Shown piece after piece: positions 40,325 to 53,554 of a stretch of 64,000 nt of DNA. The translations under genes and the position numbers were made by a program. Source of the DNA: Mobula hypostoma (lineage: Eukaryota); contig NC_086097.1 of assembly GCF_963921235.1 (NCBI RefSeq), positions 165,356,001 through 165,420,000 of the forward strand. The letters are read 5' to 3'. Under the pieces are notes generated by a model. It worked only from the letters and a program-made list of their open reading frames with translations. It searched no databases and was not told the origin of the DNA. Position 1 is the stretch's first letter; the number at the start of each line of letters is the position of its first letter.

Positions 40325-40420
40325 ACACACATCAAAGTTGCTGGTGAACGCAGCAGGCCAGGCAGCATCTTTAGGAAGAGGTACAGTCGACATTTCAGGC
40401 CGAGACCCTTCGTCAGTCCT
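40325..40420 (-). mobile_element. Short Penelope-derived hammerhead-containing insertion
   Basis: The minus strand reads CTGACGA-AGGGTCTCGGCCT-GAAATGTC-GACTGTACCTC; nearly identical to 9057-9150. Confidence 0.8.
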
Positions 40421-40897
40421 GAGTATGTGCCTTTGGGCTTCTGTATCTCCTTCCTGATGGTAACAATGAGAAGAGGGCATGCCCTGAATGATGGGGGTCC
40501 TTAGTGATGGACATAGCCTTTCTGAGCCACCGCTCTTTGTAGATGTCTGGCATACCACGGAAGCTAGTGCCCAAGATGGAAAGCTGAAATTTTATGACTT
40601 TCTGTAGCTTCTTTCAGTCCTGTGCAGTAACCACCCACCTCCCCAACCAGGCAGTGATGTACTATCAAAATGTTCTCCATGGTACATTTATGAAAATTTT
40701 TGAATGTTTTAGTTGACAAAACAAATATCTTCTAATGAAATATAGCCACTGTTTTGCCGCCTTTATGGCTGCATTGATATGTTGGGACCAGGTTAGATCC
40801 TCAGAGATTTTGACACCCAGGAACTTGAAATTGCTCACTATCTGCACTTCTAATCCCTCTATGAGGATTGGTTCACGTTTCCTCGACTTACCTTTCC
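40420..40897 (-). mobile_element. Rex1/Babar-like LINE fragment
   Basis: VSNFKFLGVKISEDLTWSQHINA...QWLYFIRR in ORF 40665-40976. Confidence 0.75.
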
Positions 40898-41164
40898 TGT
40901 TCTGTCGTTTTAATGCCATGATGATTCCATTCTTCAATAGATCTTGATTTCTGTGTGGTAATATTGGCCCATTCAATTCACTTAAGCCATTCTATAGCAA
41001 ATGAATTATGGGAAATTAGGAGTTAATGCTTATGATTGAAACCCAACAACAGCATCTGGGTCTTGGGGAGCAGTTCGAGATGTTGAACGTCAAAACAAAA
41101 TACTTGAGCTACCTTCCAAGTGATTTTTGATCTCTTAAGGTCAGTGTCTGTCTCTTCTATAATC

Positions 41165-41717
41165 ATGGGGTTGTCCATTGTCGTCGTCGATGAAGACCTC
41201 GACACCATGATGGTGTTGAGACTAGCGCTTGATTTGGATTTAAGTGAGGGAGAGTTGCGCAGCGTCAGCCTCACTCTCTCTTCCCAATTCCCATTTGGAT
41301 CCAGTGGCAAGACAAGAGTCGAGACGACTGGAGATGAGATTAGGCACAGTGGATGACCAGGACATCATCTGTGTCATGTCGTGCTCTACACGTTCCACGA
41401 CGCTTGCAGAGACCGCCTTCTTGACCGTTGGACCTTCCATTGGTCTCGTCTGCTCAATCTGCTGGAGTCTGTCTTCACATGCTGGGATAGACAACTCCCT
41501 ATTTCACTGAGGGTTTGAGACCTGTCGGCTACCGTCGCCTGGTTTAGCCGGCTTGTCGAAGCCTTTGCCCAGGGTGTGGCTGCTGTCGCATGCAAACAGC
41601 TATGGGGAGCCACAGGTGAGAGCTGAGTGCCAGGTGGGGACCAAAAGTGGACTAACTGCCTCGAAAAGGACACAACATGTTCCCCCACCAGAGGTGCTAC
41701 CCCTCCCTGACACCCCA
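41165..41717 (-). mobile_element. Non-autonomous bipartite RTE-like element (RTE 5' UTR plus short 3' tail)
   Basis: TTGGATTTAAGTGAGGGAGAGTTGCGCAGCGTCAGCCTCACTCTCTC...CCAGTGGCAAGAC...GACGACTGGAGATG resembles RTE/MAR1-type UTR sequence as recalled. GC/CpG-rich, with no coding remnant. Confidence 0.55.
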
Positions 41718-42837
41718 TATAGCACATGTGAACCCTTCAATTAAAATGTTGATCTTTGCAAAGGAGTCTCTATGTCTCTATCCCCAGAGTTCAGCAGTAC
41801 AATATTTTTACATTCCTCAAAGTTACTTTATAAAATGTTTACCATGATGATCTCTTCAAATGTACAGAGTTATGAATTCAACAGAGAAAATTGAAGATAT
41901 TTGTTAATCTACAAACATTTGTACAAAGAACAGTAATATTGGTGGAAAGTATCGCAGGTTACTGGTAAAATCCTAATCTATCCAATATACAGTAGATGTT
42001 TACATACAATTCTTAAAACGTGAAAAACTTTCTAATGCTAATTTAACCCTCATTTAGATTGACGTGCTTAATCTGAATTAGTTGTGGCTATAAAACTGGA
42101 CCTCCAAAACCCATATTACCACAGATATCTCACCAATCAAACAATCCATGGATGATGTGGAGAAGGGTACTTCCAAAAAAGAAAATGTTCTGGCTCCATA
42201 TGGTGAATATGGTCAGCATTTGAAGGAAGCACACCCCATGAATAAAAGGTGCATTCATAGAAGGACTGATGATAAAGGAATGGCATTGGAGAGGGTCCAG
42301 AGCAGGTTCATGAAAATGATCCCTAAAAATGAAAGGATTAATACACAAGAAGCATTTGATGGCTGTGGCCCTCTACTTACTTGAGTTCAGAAGAATGAGG
42401 GGGATCTCATTGAAACCTGTGGAATATTGAAAGGCCTAGGTATGTGGAGAGGCTGTTTCCTATAGTGGGGGAATCTAGGACCAGAGGGTACAGGCTCTGA
42501 ATAGAAGGATATCCCATTAGAACAGAGCTGAGGAATTGATTTTGTGGAAAAATGATGCTGCCTTTATGAGGTATTGTGCCTTGAAGATGTCCTGAATGCT
42601 GGGGATACTGGTGCTCATAATGAAGATGACTGAGTTTTCAAATATCTGAGGCACCCCCGGTACCAGGCGGTAATGCAGCCAGTTAGAATGCTCTCCATGT
42701 TTCACCTTGTAAGAATTTAGAGTCCGAGTCACCAAACAAGCCCTTCAGTTACCATGTCCTTTCTTGCTATCAATTACTCCACATTAAACCCACCCACCAG
42801 CATTTAATCTGTAGTTCAAAGTACATTTATTATCAAA

Positions 42838-44205
42838 ATCAGAATTAGGTTTATTATCACTGGCATGTGACGTGAAATTTCTTAGCAGCAGCAGTTCAAT
42901 GCGGTACATAATCTAGCAGAGAAAAAAAAATAAAATGATAATAAATAAGTAAATCAATTATGTATATTCAATAGATTAAAACAACGTGCAAACACAGAAA
43001 TACTCTTTTTAAAAGTGAGGTAATGTCTGAAGGTTCAATGTCCAGTTAGGAATTGGATGGCAGAGGGGAAGAAGCTGTTCTTGAATCACTGAGTGTGTGC
43101 CTTCAGGCTTCTGTATCTCCTACTTGACAGTAATAGTGAGAAAAGTGCATGCCCTGGATGCTGGAGGTCTTTAATAATGGACGCTTCCTTTCTGAGACAC
43201 CACTCCCTAAAGATGTCCTGGGTACTTTGTAGGCTAGTGCCCAAGATGTAGCTGACTAGATTTACAATCTTCTGCAGCTTCTTTTGGTCCTGTGCAGTAG
43301 CCCCTCCATACCAGTCAGTGATGCAGCCTGCCAGAATACTCTTTACAGTACAACTATATAAGTTTTTGAGTGTATTTGTTGACATGCTAAATCTCTTCAA
43401 ACTCCTAATAAAGTATAGCCACATTCTTGCCTTCTTTATAACTTCTCTCCACTTCTGATCCCTCTATGAGGAATTGGTATGTGTTCCTTTGTCATACCCT
43501 TCCTGAAGTCCACAATCAGCTCCGTCTTACTGATGTTGAGTGCCAGGTTGTTGCTGTGGCACCACTCCACTAGTGGGCAGGCATATCTCACTCCTGTACA
43601 CCCTCTCATCACCACCTGAGATTCTACCAACAATGGTTGTATTGTCAGCAAATTTATAGATGGTATTTGAGCTATGCCTAGCCACACAGTCGTGTAGATA
43701 GAGAGTAGAGCAGTGGGCTAAGACACACCCCTGAGGTGCGCCAATGTTGATCGTCAGTGAGGAGGAGAAGCTATCACCAATCTGCACAGATTGTAGTCTT
43801 CCGGTTAGGAAGTCGAGGATCCAATTGCAGAGGGAGGTACAGAGACCCGGGTTCTGCAACTTGTCAATCAGGATTGTGGGAATGATGGTATTAAATGCTG
43901 AGCTATAGGCGATAAACAGCACCCTGACATAGGTGTTTGTGTTGTCCAGGTGGTCTAGAGCCATGTGGAGAGCCATTGAGATTGCGTCTGCCATTAATCT
44001 ATTGTGGTGATAGGAAATTGCAATGGGTCCAGGTCCTTGCTGAGGCAGGAGTTCAGTCTAGTCATGACCAACCTCTCAAAGCATTTCATCACTATCGATG
44101 TGAGTGCTACCGGGCTATAGTCATTAAGGCAGCCCACATTATTCTTCTTAGGCACTGGTGTAATTGTTGCCTGTTGGAAGCAAGTGGGAACTTCTACCCA
44201 CGTTA
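42838..44205 (-). mobile_element. Rex1/Babar-like LINE (RT fragments and 3' UTR), inserted in the tail of another LINE 3' UTR (~42815 / 44206-44730)
   Basis: ORFs 43086-44224: [47 protein letters not shown]. Confidence 0.88.
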
Positions 44206-45084
44206 TAATGTATACATTATACAACCTTGAGATTCATCTCCTAACAGGCAGCCATGAAACAAGGACACCCAAAAAATTAACTATTTACCTACAAACGACT
44301 AACACCCAATGTGTAGAGAGTAAAAACCACATCGTGCTCTTAAAAAAAATAAAAGAACCCATAAAAAATAGACACTTGAATGCCCAATGTGCAATGATTT
44401 AAAAAAACATGCAAACAGTAACCACAAGCAAAGAGTGTTTTTGAACTGAAGTCCACAAAGAGCGTCAGCGCAGAGCCGAGCAAACGCCGTGGAGCAGTGA
44501 TCTGAACTGGCCCGCACCTTGCCTTGGGCCCCAGCACCCTGACCTTTTCAATCTGTTCTGGCACTTAACTCTGTCTGAACAACCAGTCCTGCCACTTGGA
44601 TATGCTGGATTTTGCCGCCTCGATTCCACCTGGAAATCTCTGTACAAACATTGTGTTGAGCCCCTTTGAAACACTCTGGGGCCTAGACCCCACAGCTTTG
44701 ATTCGGCCTGTGCCTGACCTTTCACACTTTTCCACGCTCTAAAACTTGGCAGAGTGCTTGTCTACATACTTTTGACCAGATTCCAATCACTCCATATTCT
44801 TCCTTAGATCTCCTCCATACCTCTGTTCCGAAACCTATCATAACCCTTGACACCTCTTAAGGGATTAAAAAAGATTCCTACTGTCTACACTGTCTATATT
44901 CTATGTAATTTTGTATGCTTTTTAATAAAGCCAACAGTCCAAACAGTACAAATCCAGTCTGTTTCATCTCTCCTCATAATTGAAATGCCCAAACTCACGC
45001 ATTATCCTCTTCATCTTCTCCACTCATCTTAGACATTTGGAGAATGGGCAAAGAGGTGCCAGAGGGAATATCATGTAGGAGACA

Positions 45085-47728
45085 TAAGTATAGGCCATCC
45101 AGTCCGTTGAGCCTGCTCCACCATTCAATAAGATCATGACTAATCTGACCATGGACTCATCTCCAACTACCTGCCTTTTTCCTCATAACCCTTAATTCCC
45201 CTACTATACAAAAATCTATTCAAATTTGCTTAGGTAGCCTCCACTGCTTCATTGGGCAGAGATTTACACAGATTCACCACTCTTTCCTCCTCATCTCCAT
45301 CATAAATTTACTCCACCCAATCTTGAGGCTATGTCCCCTAGTTCTAGTCTCACCCACCAGTGGGAAAATCTTTCCTGCCTCTACCTCATCTATCCCTTTC
45401 ATAATTTTATGTGTTTCCATAAAATCTCCTCTGAATTCCAACAAATACAGTCCCAGGCGGCTCAATCCCGCCTCATGGTCTAACCCCACCCGACCCCCCA
45501 TCTCTGGAATCAACCTAGTCAGCCTCCTCTGCGCTGCCTCCAAAGCCAGTATATCTTTCCTCAAGTAAGGAGACCAGAACTGCACACAGTACTCCAGGTG
45601 CGGCCTCACTAGTACCCTGTATAGTTGCAACATGACCTCCCTGCTGTTAAATTCAATCCCTCTATCATGAAGGCCAATATTCCATTTGCCTTCTTGATAG
45701 CCTGCTGCAGCTGCAAACCAACCTTTTGCGATTCATGCCCAAGCACTCTCAAGTCCTTCTGCACAGAAGCATGCAGCAATTTTTTACCATTTAAATAATA
45801 ATCTCATCTTCCATTCTTCCTTCCATTGTACTCTATCTGCCAGACCCTTGCCCACGCACTAAACTCATCTATATCTCTCTGCAGACTCTCCATACCCTCC
45901 ACACAATTTGCTTTCAACTCAGTTTAGTGTCTTAAGCAAATTTAGATACACTACACTTGGTGCCCTCTTCCAGATCGTTAACGTATATCATGAACAGTTG
46001 CAGGCCCAGCACCAACTCCTGTGGCACACTGCTCACCACTGATTGCCAACCAGAGAAACACCCATGTATCTCAAGTCTCTGCTTTCTATTGGTTAACCAA
46101 TTCTCTATCCATGTTAATACATCACCCCCAACTCAATGCATCCTTATCTTATGGATAAATCTTTTATCTGGCACCTTATCAAAAGCCTTTTGGAAATCCC
46201 AGTAAATAACATCCATGTGTTCCCCTCCATCCACTGTGCTTGTTATATCCTCAAAGAACTCCAGTAAGTTTGTCAAACGGGACCTGCCTTTGCTGATTCC
46301 ATGCTGCATCTGCCTGATTGATCTATTTCTTTCCAAATGCTTTGCTATTTCTTCTTTAATGATAGCTTCAAACATTTTCCTAACTACTAATGTTAAAACT
46401 AACTGGCCTATAGTTACTTGCTTTTTGCCTACATCCTTTTTTAAACAATGGCATGACATTCACTTTCTTCTAATCTGCGGAGACCTGCCCAGAGTCCAGA
46501 GAAATTATCCTCAAAGCCTCAACTATAACCTCTGCCATTTCTTTCAGTAACCTGGGATGCATTTCTCAGGAACAAGGGACTTGTCTATCTTTAGGCCCAC
46601 AAGTTTGCTCAGCACTACCTCTTTAGTGATATCTATTGTATTCAGGTCATCACCTCCCATTGCATCCATATCATCTTGCTTCTGCATGTTAGACATGTCC
46701 TCCATCGTGAAAACCGACACAAAATAGTCATTCAAAGCCTGGGGCATTTCCTCATTACTGAATATCAATGACCCCTTCTTGTCCTCCAAGGGAGCCACTT
46801 TCACTTTGGCCACCCTTTTCCACTTTATATGACTGTAAAAACTTTTACTATCCGTTTTTATATGTTGTGCTAGTTTATTTTTCATAATCTATCTTCCCTT
46901 TCTTTACTGCTCACTTAATGGTTCTTTGCTTTTTAAAGTTTTCCCAATCTTTCAGTTTCCCATTACTTTTGTTGACTTTGTACGAATGTGCTTTTAGTTT
47001 GATGCCTTCTTTTATTTCCTTACTTATCCATGGCTGGCTCTCCCCACCCTTACTGTCCTTGCTTTTAACTGCAATATACTTTTGTTGAGCACCGTAAAAA
47101 ATCTCTTTGAAAGTCTCCACTGTTCCTCAACTGACCCACTGTGTTGCCAATCCACCCTACCCGACTCCTTCCTCATCCTGTTGTAGTTTACGCATAATAC
47201 ACTGGTTTTAGATCGAACTATTGCGCCCTCCATTTGTATGAGAAACTCAATCATTCTGTGATCACTCTTACCAAGAGGATCCCTCACTACAAGCTTGCTA
47301 ATTTTACCTATCTCATTGCACAGGACCAGATCTAAGGTTCAGTAACATGCTGTTCAAGAAAGCCATCAAGTATGCATTCTATGAAATCCTCCTCAAGACT
47401 GCCTCAACCAACTTGATTCACCCAATCTATGTGCAAGTTAAAGTCCCCCACGATAACTACTGTTCCATTCTTACATGCCTCAGATATTCCTTGGTTTATT
47501 GCCTGTGCACTGTAATGTTATTATTTGGTGGCTGATAGGCAACTCCCAAAAGTGATTTTTTCCCTTTGCTATTCCTAATCTCTACCTAGATGGATTCAAT
47601 ATTCTGCTCTGTAGATATTATATTTCTCTCACTATCGTCCTGATTTCATCCTTAATTAAGAACACTACCCCACCTCCCTTACCTTCCTGCCTATCCTTCC
47701 GTATTACCTGATATCCTTGGATATTTAA
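45085..47728 (-). mobile_element. CR1 LINE ORF2 (endonuclease remnant, RT and 3' UTR), 5'-truncated and frameshifted
   Basis: ORFs with GKSDHRMIEF, QHG...CLTNLLEFF-like, DFQKAFDKVP and RPHLEYCVQFWSP. Confidence 0.9.
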
Positions 47729-47972
47729 TGTATGGTCATGCAGTTTGGTGGACTATTTTCTAAATGTGGAGAAAATTCAAAAATCAGTGGTGCGAAGGGT
47801 CTCAGGAGTCCCTTTGCAGAATTCCTTAAAGGTTAACTTGTAGGTTGAGAATGCAATATATTAGCATTCATTTCGAGGTGACTGGAGTTGAAAAACAATA
47901 ATGTAACACCGAGGCTTTATAAAGCAATGGTCAGTCTGCACATGGAGTATTGTGAGCAGTTTCAGGCCCCTG

Positions 47973-50900
47973 TTAGAACCATAGAACACTACAGCACAGA
48001 AAACAGACCATTTGGCCCTTCTAGTCTGTGCCAAAACATTATTCTGCTAGTTCCATTGACCTGCATCCAATCCATAACCCTCCAGACCTCTCCCATCCAC
48101 ATATCTATCCAATTTATTCTTAAAACTTAAGAGTGAGCCTGCACTTACCACATCAGATGGCAGCTCGTTCCATACTCCCACCACTCTCTGAGTGAAGTTC
48201 CCCCTAAACCTTTCCCCTTTCACTCTAAAGCCATGTCCTCTCATATTTATCTCTCCTAATCTAAGTGGGAAGAGCCTATTTGCATTTACTCTGTCTCTAC
48301 CCCTCAATTTTGTAAACCTCTATCAAATCTCCCCTCATTCTTCTACACTCCAAGGAATAAAGTCCTAACCTGTTCAATCTTTCCCTGTAACTCAACTCCT
48401 GAAGACCCGGCAACATCCTAGTAAATCTCTGTACTCTTTCAATCATGCTAATATCCTTCCTATAGTTAGGTGACCAGAACTGTACACAATACTCCAAATT
48501 TGGCCTCACCAATGTCTTATACAACCTCCCCATAACATCCCAACTCCTATACTCAATACTTTGATTTATGAATGCCAGGATGCCAAAAGCCTTCTTTACA
48601 ACCCTGTCTACCTGTGACACCACTTTCAGGGAATTATGTATCTGAACTCCCAGATCTCTTTGCTCCTCCGCATTCCTCAGTGCCCTACCATTTACTGTGT
48701 ATGTCCTACCTTGATTTGTCCTTCCAAATTGCAACACCTCACACTTATCTGCATTAAATTCCATCTGCCATTTTCTGGCCCATTTTTCCAGTTGGTCCAC
48801 ATCCCTCTGCAAGCTTTGAAAGCCTTCCTCTCCATCCACAACGCCTCCAATCTTAGTGTAATCAGTAAACTTGCTGATCCAATTTACCACATTATTATCT
48901 AGATCATTGATATAAACAACAAACAACAATGGTCCCAGCACAGATCCTTGAGGCACACCACTAGTCACAGGCCTCCAGTCTGAGAAGCAATCATCCACTA
49001 CCACTCACTGTCTTCTCCCACACAGCCAATTTCGAATCCAGTTTACAACCTCTCCATGGATACCTAGTGTCTGAACCTTCTGAACTAACCTCCTATGTGG
49101 GACCTTGTCAAACGCCTTACTGAAGTCCATGTAGACAACATCCACAGCCTTTCCTTCATCTACTTTCTTGGTAACCTCCTCGAAAAACTCTACAAAATTC
49201 ATTAAACACAATCTACCACACACAAAGCCATGCTGACTATCCTTAATCCGCCCTTGACTGTTCAAATACTTGTATATCCGATCTCTCAGAACACCTTCCA
49301 ATAATTTACCTACTACTGATGTCAGGCTCACCGGCCTGTAATTACCTGGTTTACTTTTGGAGCCTTGTTTAAACAACGGAACAACATAAGCTACCCTCCA
49401 ATCCTTCGGCACCATACCCGTGGCTAAGGACATTTTAAATATTTCTGCCAGGGCCCCTGCAATTTCTACAATAGTCTCTCTCAAGGTCCGATGAAATATT
49501 ATGTCAGACCCGGGGGACTTATCTACCTTTATTCGCTGTAAGGCAGCAAGCACCTCCTCCTCTTTAAACTCTATATGTTCCATGACACTACTGCTTGTTT
49601 CCCTTCCTTCCATATACACTCTGCCAGTTTCCTGAGTAAATACTGATGCAAAAAAACTGTTTAAGATCTCCCCCATCTCGTGAGGCTCCACACATAGATG
49701 ACCACTTTGATCTTCTAGGGTACCAATTTTGTCCCTTACTATCCTTTTACTCTTAATATACTTGTAGAAACTCTTCGGGATTACCTTCACATTATCTGCC
49801 AAAGCAACCTCATGTCTTCTTTTTGCCTTCCTGATTTCCTTCTTTAGTATTTTCTTACATTTTCTATACTCTTCAAGTACCTCATTTTTTCCTTATTGCC
49901 TATACCTGCTATATAACTCTCTCTTTTTCTTAACCAGATCGCCAATATCCCTTGAAAACCAAGGTTCCCTATGCCTGTTAACTTTGCCTTTAATCCTGGC
50001 AGGAACATGCAAACTCTGCACTCTCAAAATTTCACCTTTGAATACCTTCCACATACTGATCACATCCTTGCAAGAAAACAACTTATCCCAATCCACTCTT
50101 CCTAGATCCTTTCTCATTTCCTCAAAATTGGTCCTTCTCCAATTTAGGACCAGACCTATCTTTATCCATAATTAACTTGAAACCAATGACATTATGGTCA
50201 CTGGACCCAAAATGTTCACCTACACATACGAGGGGTGATTGATAAGTTCGTGGCCTATGGTAGAAGCAGTCAATTTTAGAAAACCTAGCACTTTTATTTT
50301 TCTTACATTTACACACTTAGTCCAGCGATTGTGGCACATACGGATCCCTTCTTTGTAGAAGTCGGCATCTTGGACCTCCAGAAGTGGTCCACAGCAGGGG
50401 TGATTGATAAATTCGTGGCCTAAAGGAGATGAGGAGAAACTTCAAACTTTCTTCATTTTCACTCAAAGAGTTGAACTGCACATGCATGTAATGAGAGCTG
50501 TATAACTCATCTCCTGCTACCTTAGGCCACAAACTTATCAATCACCCCTGCTGTGGACCACCTGGAGGTCCAAGGCGCTCTTGTTACATGCACGTGCAGT
50601 TCAACTCTTTGAGTAATAATGCAGAAAGTTTGAAGTTAATAACTCATCTTCTTCTACCTTAGGCCACGAACTTATCAATCACCCCTCGTACTTCTGTCAC
50701 CTGACCTGTCTGGTTCCCTAATAGGAGATCAAGTATTGCATCCTCTCTCATTGGTACCTCTATACCCTGTATATTGATTTAGAAAACTTTCCTGAACACA
50801 TTTGACAAACTCCACGCCATCTAACCCTTTCACAGTGTGGGAGTCACAGTCAATATGTGGAAAGTTAAAATCCCCTACTGTTACAACTTTCTGTTTCTTA

Positions 50901-52714
50901 CATCGATCTGCTATCTCTCTACAGATTTGCTCCTACAATTCTCTCTGACTATTGGGCGGTCTATAATACAACCCTATTAGTGTGGTCACACCTTTCCCGT
51001 TCCTCAGCTCCACCCATATGGCCTCTATAGACAAGCCCTCCGGGCTGTCCTGTCTACACACAGCTGTGACATTCTCCATGACTAGTAATGCCGCTCCTCC
51101 TGCTTTCATCCCTCCCCCTCTATCACGTCTGAAACAACAGAACCCCGGAACATTAAGGTGCCAGTCCTGCCCCTCCTGCAACCAAGTCTCACTAATAGCA
51201 ATAATGTCGTAGTCCCACGTGTCAATCCACGCCCTAAGCTCATCTGCCTGATCTACAATACTTCTTGCATTGAAATAGATGCAACTGAGAACATTTCTAT
51301 TATGTACAAACCTTTGATTACTGTCTATACATGCAGTCCTTGCATGACCTTTATCCTCCTCCACCTCACTACCTGCTGTAACACTCTGGCTCCTCTCCCC
51401 CTGCAAATCTAGTTTAAACCCTCCTGAGCAGAACTAGCAAACCTACCTACAAGGATGTTAGTCCCCCTCCAATTCAGGTGAAACTGTCCCGTTGGAACAG
51501 GTCCCACCTTACCTGGAACAAGGCCCAATTGTCTAGAAGCATGAAGCCCTCCCTCCTGCACCATCTCCTTAGCCACGTATTTAGCTGCATTATCTTCCTA
51601 TTTCCAGCCTCAGTAGCACATGGCATGGGTAGCAATCCTGAGATTGCAACCCTGGAGGTCCTGTCCTTCACCTTTGCACCTAACTCCCTAAACTCTCTTT
51701 GCAGGACCTCCTCTTCCTTCCTACCCACTCCATTAGTCCCTACATGGACCACAACATCTGGCTGCTCACCCTCCCTCCTGAGAATACCGAGAACTTGATC
51801 CAAGATATTGCGGACCCTGGCACTGGGGAGGCAACAGACCATCCAGGATTCTCGATCTCTCCCACAGAACCTCTTATCTGTCCCCCTAACTATCGAATCC
51901 CCTATCACTACTGTTCTCCTCTTTTCCCTCCTTCCTTTCTGAGCTGAGGGTACAGTCTTGGTGCCAGAGACATGACCACTACAACTTGTCCCTGGTAGGT
52001 CGTCCCCACCAACAGTATCCAAAACAGTATACTTATTATTGATGGAAATGGCCACAGGGGTGCTCTGTTCATTCTGTCTATTCTCCTTCCATCTCCCGAC
52101 AGTCACCCAGCTACCTGCCTCCTGACTTTTAGGGGTGACTATCTCCCTGAAACTCCTGTCTATTTCTGCCTCTGCCTCACGAATGTTCCAAAGTTCATCC
52201 AGCTCCAGCTCCAGTTCCCTAACTCGGTTTGTCAGGAGCTGCAGCTGGATGCACCTTTTACAGGTGTAGTCATCAGAGGCGATTGCGCTGTCCCTGACTT
52301 CCCAGATACTGCATACGGAGCACTCAACTGCCCTAACTGCTGCTTCTATTATCTACTCCTAAGTTAATTAAATTCATTAAAGGAACTTACCCGGCCTTAC
52401 CTCACTGGGAGCAGGCTCGTCCTCAGCCTCTGCTCGCCGAAGCTTCTCGAGCCAAAGTCTCAAAGCTCCACTCCTACTCCAAGCCACTCACACACTGGCC
52501 GCTCCTCTTCAGTTACCCCTCCTTTTATTTGTCCCTGCCAATTATCTCAAGTACTCACTCCCTCTGATCAACTAATCAACACTCTGTTTAACCTCTCAGT
52601 CGCCCTCCACGCTCCTTTTTAAAGCACACTCACCTGAGCTGCTTCCCAGCACTCAGCGCTCGCTCTCCCAAGCCCCTTGCTCCTCCTCCTGCTGTGATCG
52701 TTCCTCAATCACAC
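47973..52714 (-). mobile_element. Near-full-length CR1 LINE: 5' UTR, ORF1 (Cys-knuckle, coiled coil, SGNH esterase), ORF2 (APE and RT), 3' UTR; inactivated
   Basis: ORF1 has CSVC...CKRC, LELELDEL, VIGDSIVRG and VVVHVGTN (~51440-52350). ORF2 has YFNARSI, IAISETW, YYRPP, SDHN, DFSKAFDKVP and VPQGSVLGP. Stops and frameshifts are present; (catagaa)-type tail at ~47974-47990. Confidence 0.92.
50229..50688. mobile_element. mariner-type MITE (460 bp) with TA target duplication and internal extra TIR copies
   Basis: TA-CGAGGGGTGATTGATAAGTTCGTGGCCTA ... TAGGCCACGAACTTATCAATCACCCCTCG-TA; the CR1 ORF2 is continuous across it. Confidence 0.9.
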
Positions 52715-53207
52715 TTAGAAAAAGGTGTGCTGGTATTGGAGAAGGTCCAGAGGAGGTTCACAAGGTTGATTCTGGGAATGAGTAGGTTAACATATGAAGA
52801 TTGTTTGATGGCTCTGGGCCTGTACTCATTAGTGTTTAGAAGAGTGAAGGGGGATCTCATTGAAACCTATTGAATATTGAAAGGGCTAGATAGAGTGGAT
52901 GTGAAGAAATTGTTTTCCATTGTGGGTGAGTCTATGTCCAGAGGGCACAGCCTCAGAGAATAGAGGGAGATCCATCTAGAACAGAAATCAGGAGGAATTT
53001 CTTTAGTAAATTTGTGGAATTCATTGCCACAGATGGCCATGGAGGCCAAGTTATTGTATATGTTTTAAGTGGCGGATCAGGACTTCAAAGGTCACAGGGA
53101 GAAGGCAGGAGAATGGAGTTAAGAGGGATAATAAATCAGCTATGATGAAATGGTGGAACAGACTTAATGGGCCAAAGGACCTAATTCTACTGAAATGTCT
53201 TAAGGTC
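52715..53207 (+). mobile_element. 3' end of a host CR1 whose other pieces are at ~45028-45080 and ~47729-47972
   Basis: The three pieces are colinear with the + strand CR1 copy at 11155-12050. Confidence 0.8.
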
Positions 53208-53554
53208 AACTACAATCACATCCTTCTGGGCCTTGTGTGGTAACCAGAACTGTGTACAATATTATGGCTGTGGCCTAACCAGAGTTTTATAAAGTTGTTC
53301 TTATTCTTCTATGTCTTGGCTGGTGAAGGCAAGAATTTCAAACACATATATACCTCTGCTATTCAGTAATCCTTAGACATGTGCACGAAGCTTCCCCTGT
53401 TCCGCGGTAACCGTAACACCCTGCCATTTTGATTGTCCTATCCTTGTTAACTCTTTCAAAGTGATTATCAGGATTAAATTCCGTCTCTAATTTCTCTGCT
53501 TACCTTGCCCACCAAACAATATCACCCTGTGGTTTTACTATTAACACCACAACA

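Noticed and set aside
50229..50688. CRISPR-like repeat array
   Set aside because: The repeats are inverted TIR copies with a TA duplication in eukaryotic DNA; there is no repeat-spacer periodicity and no cas genes.
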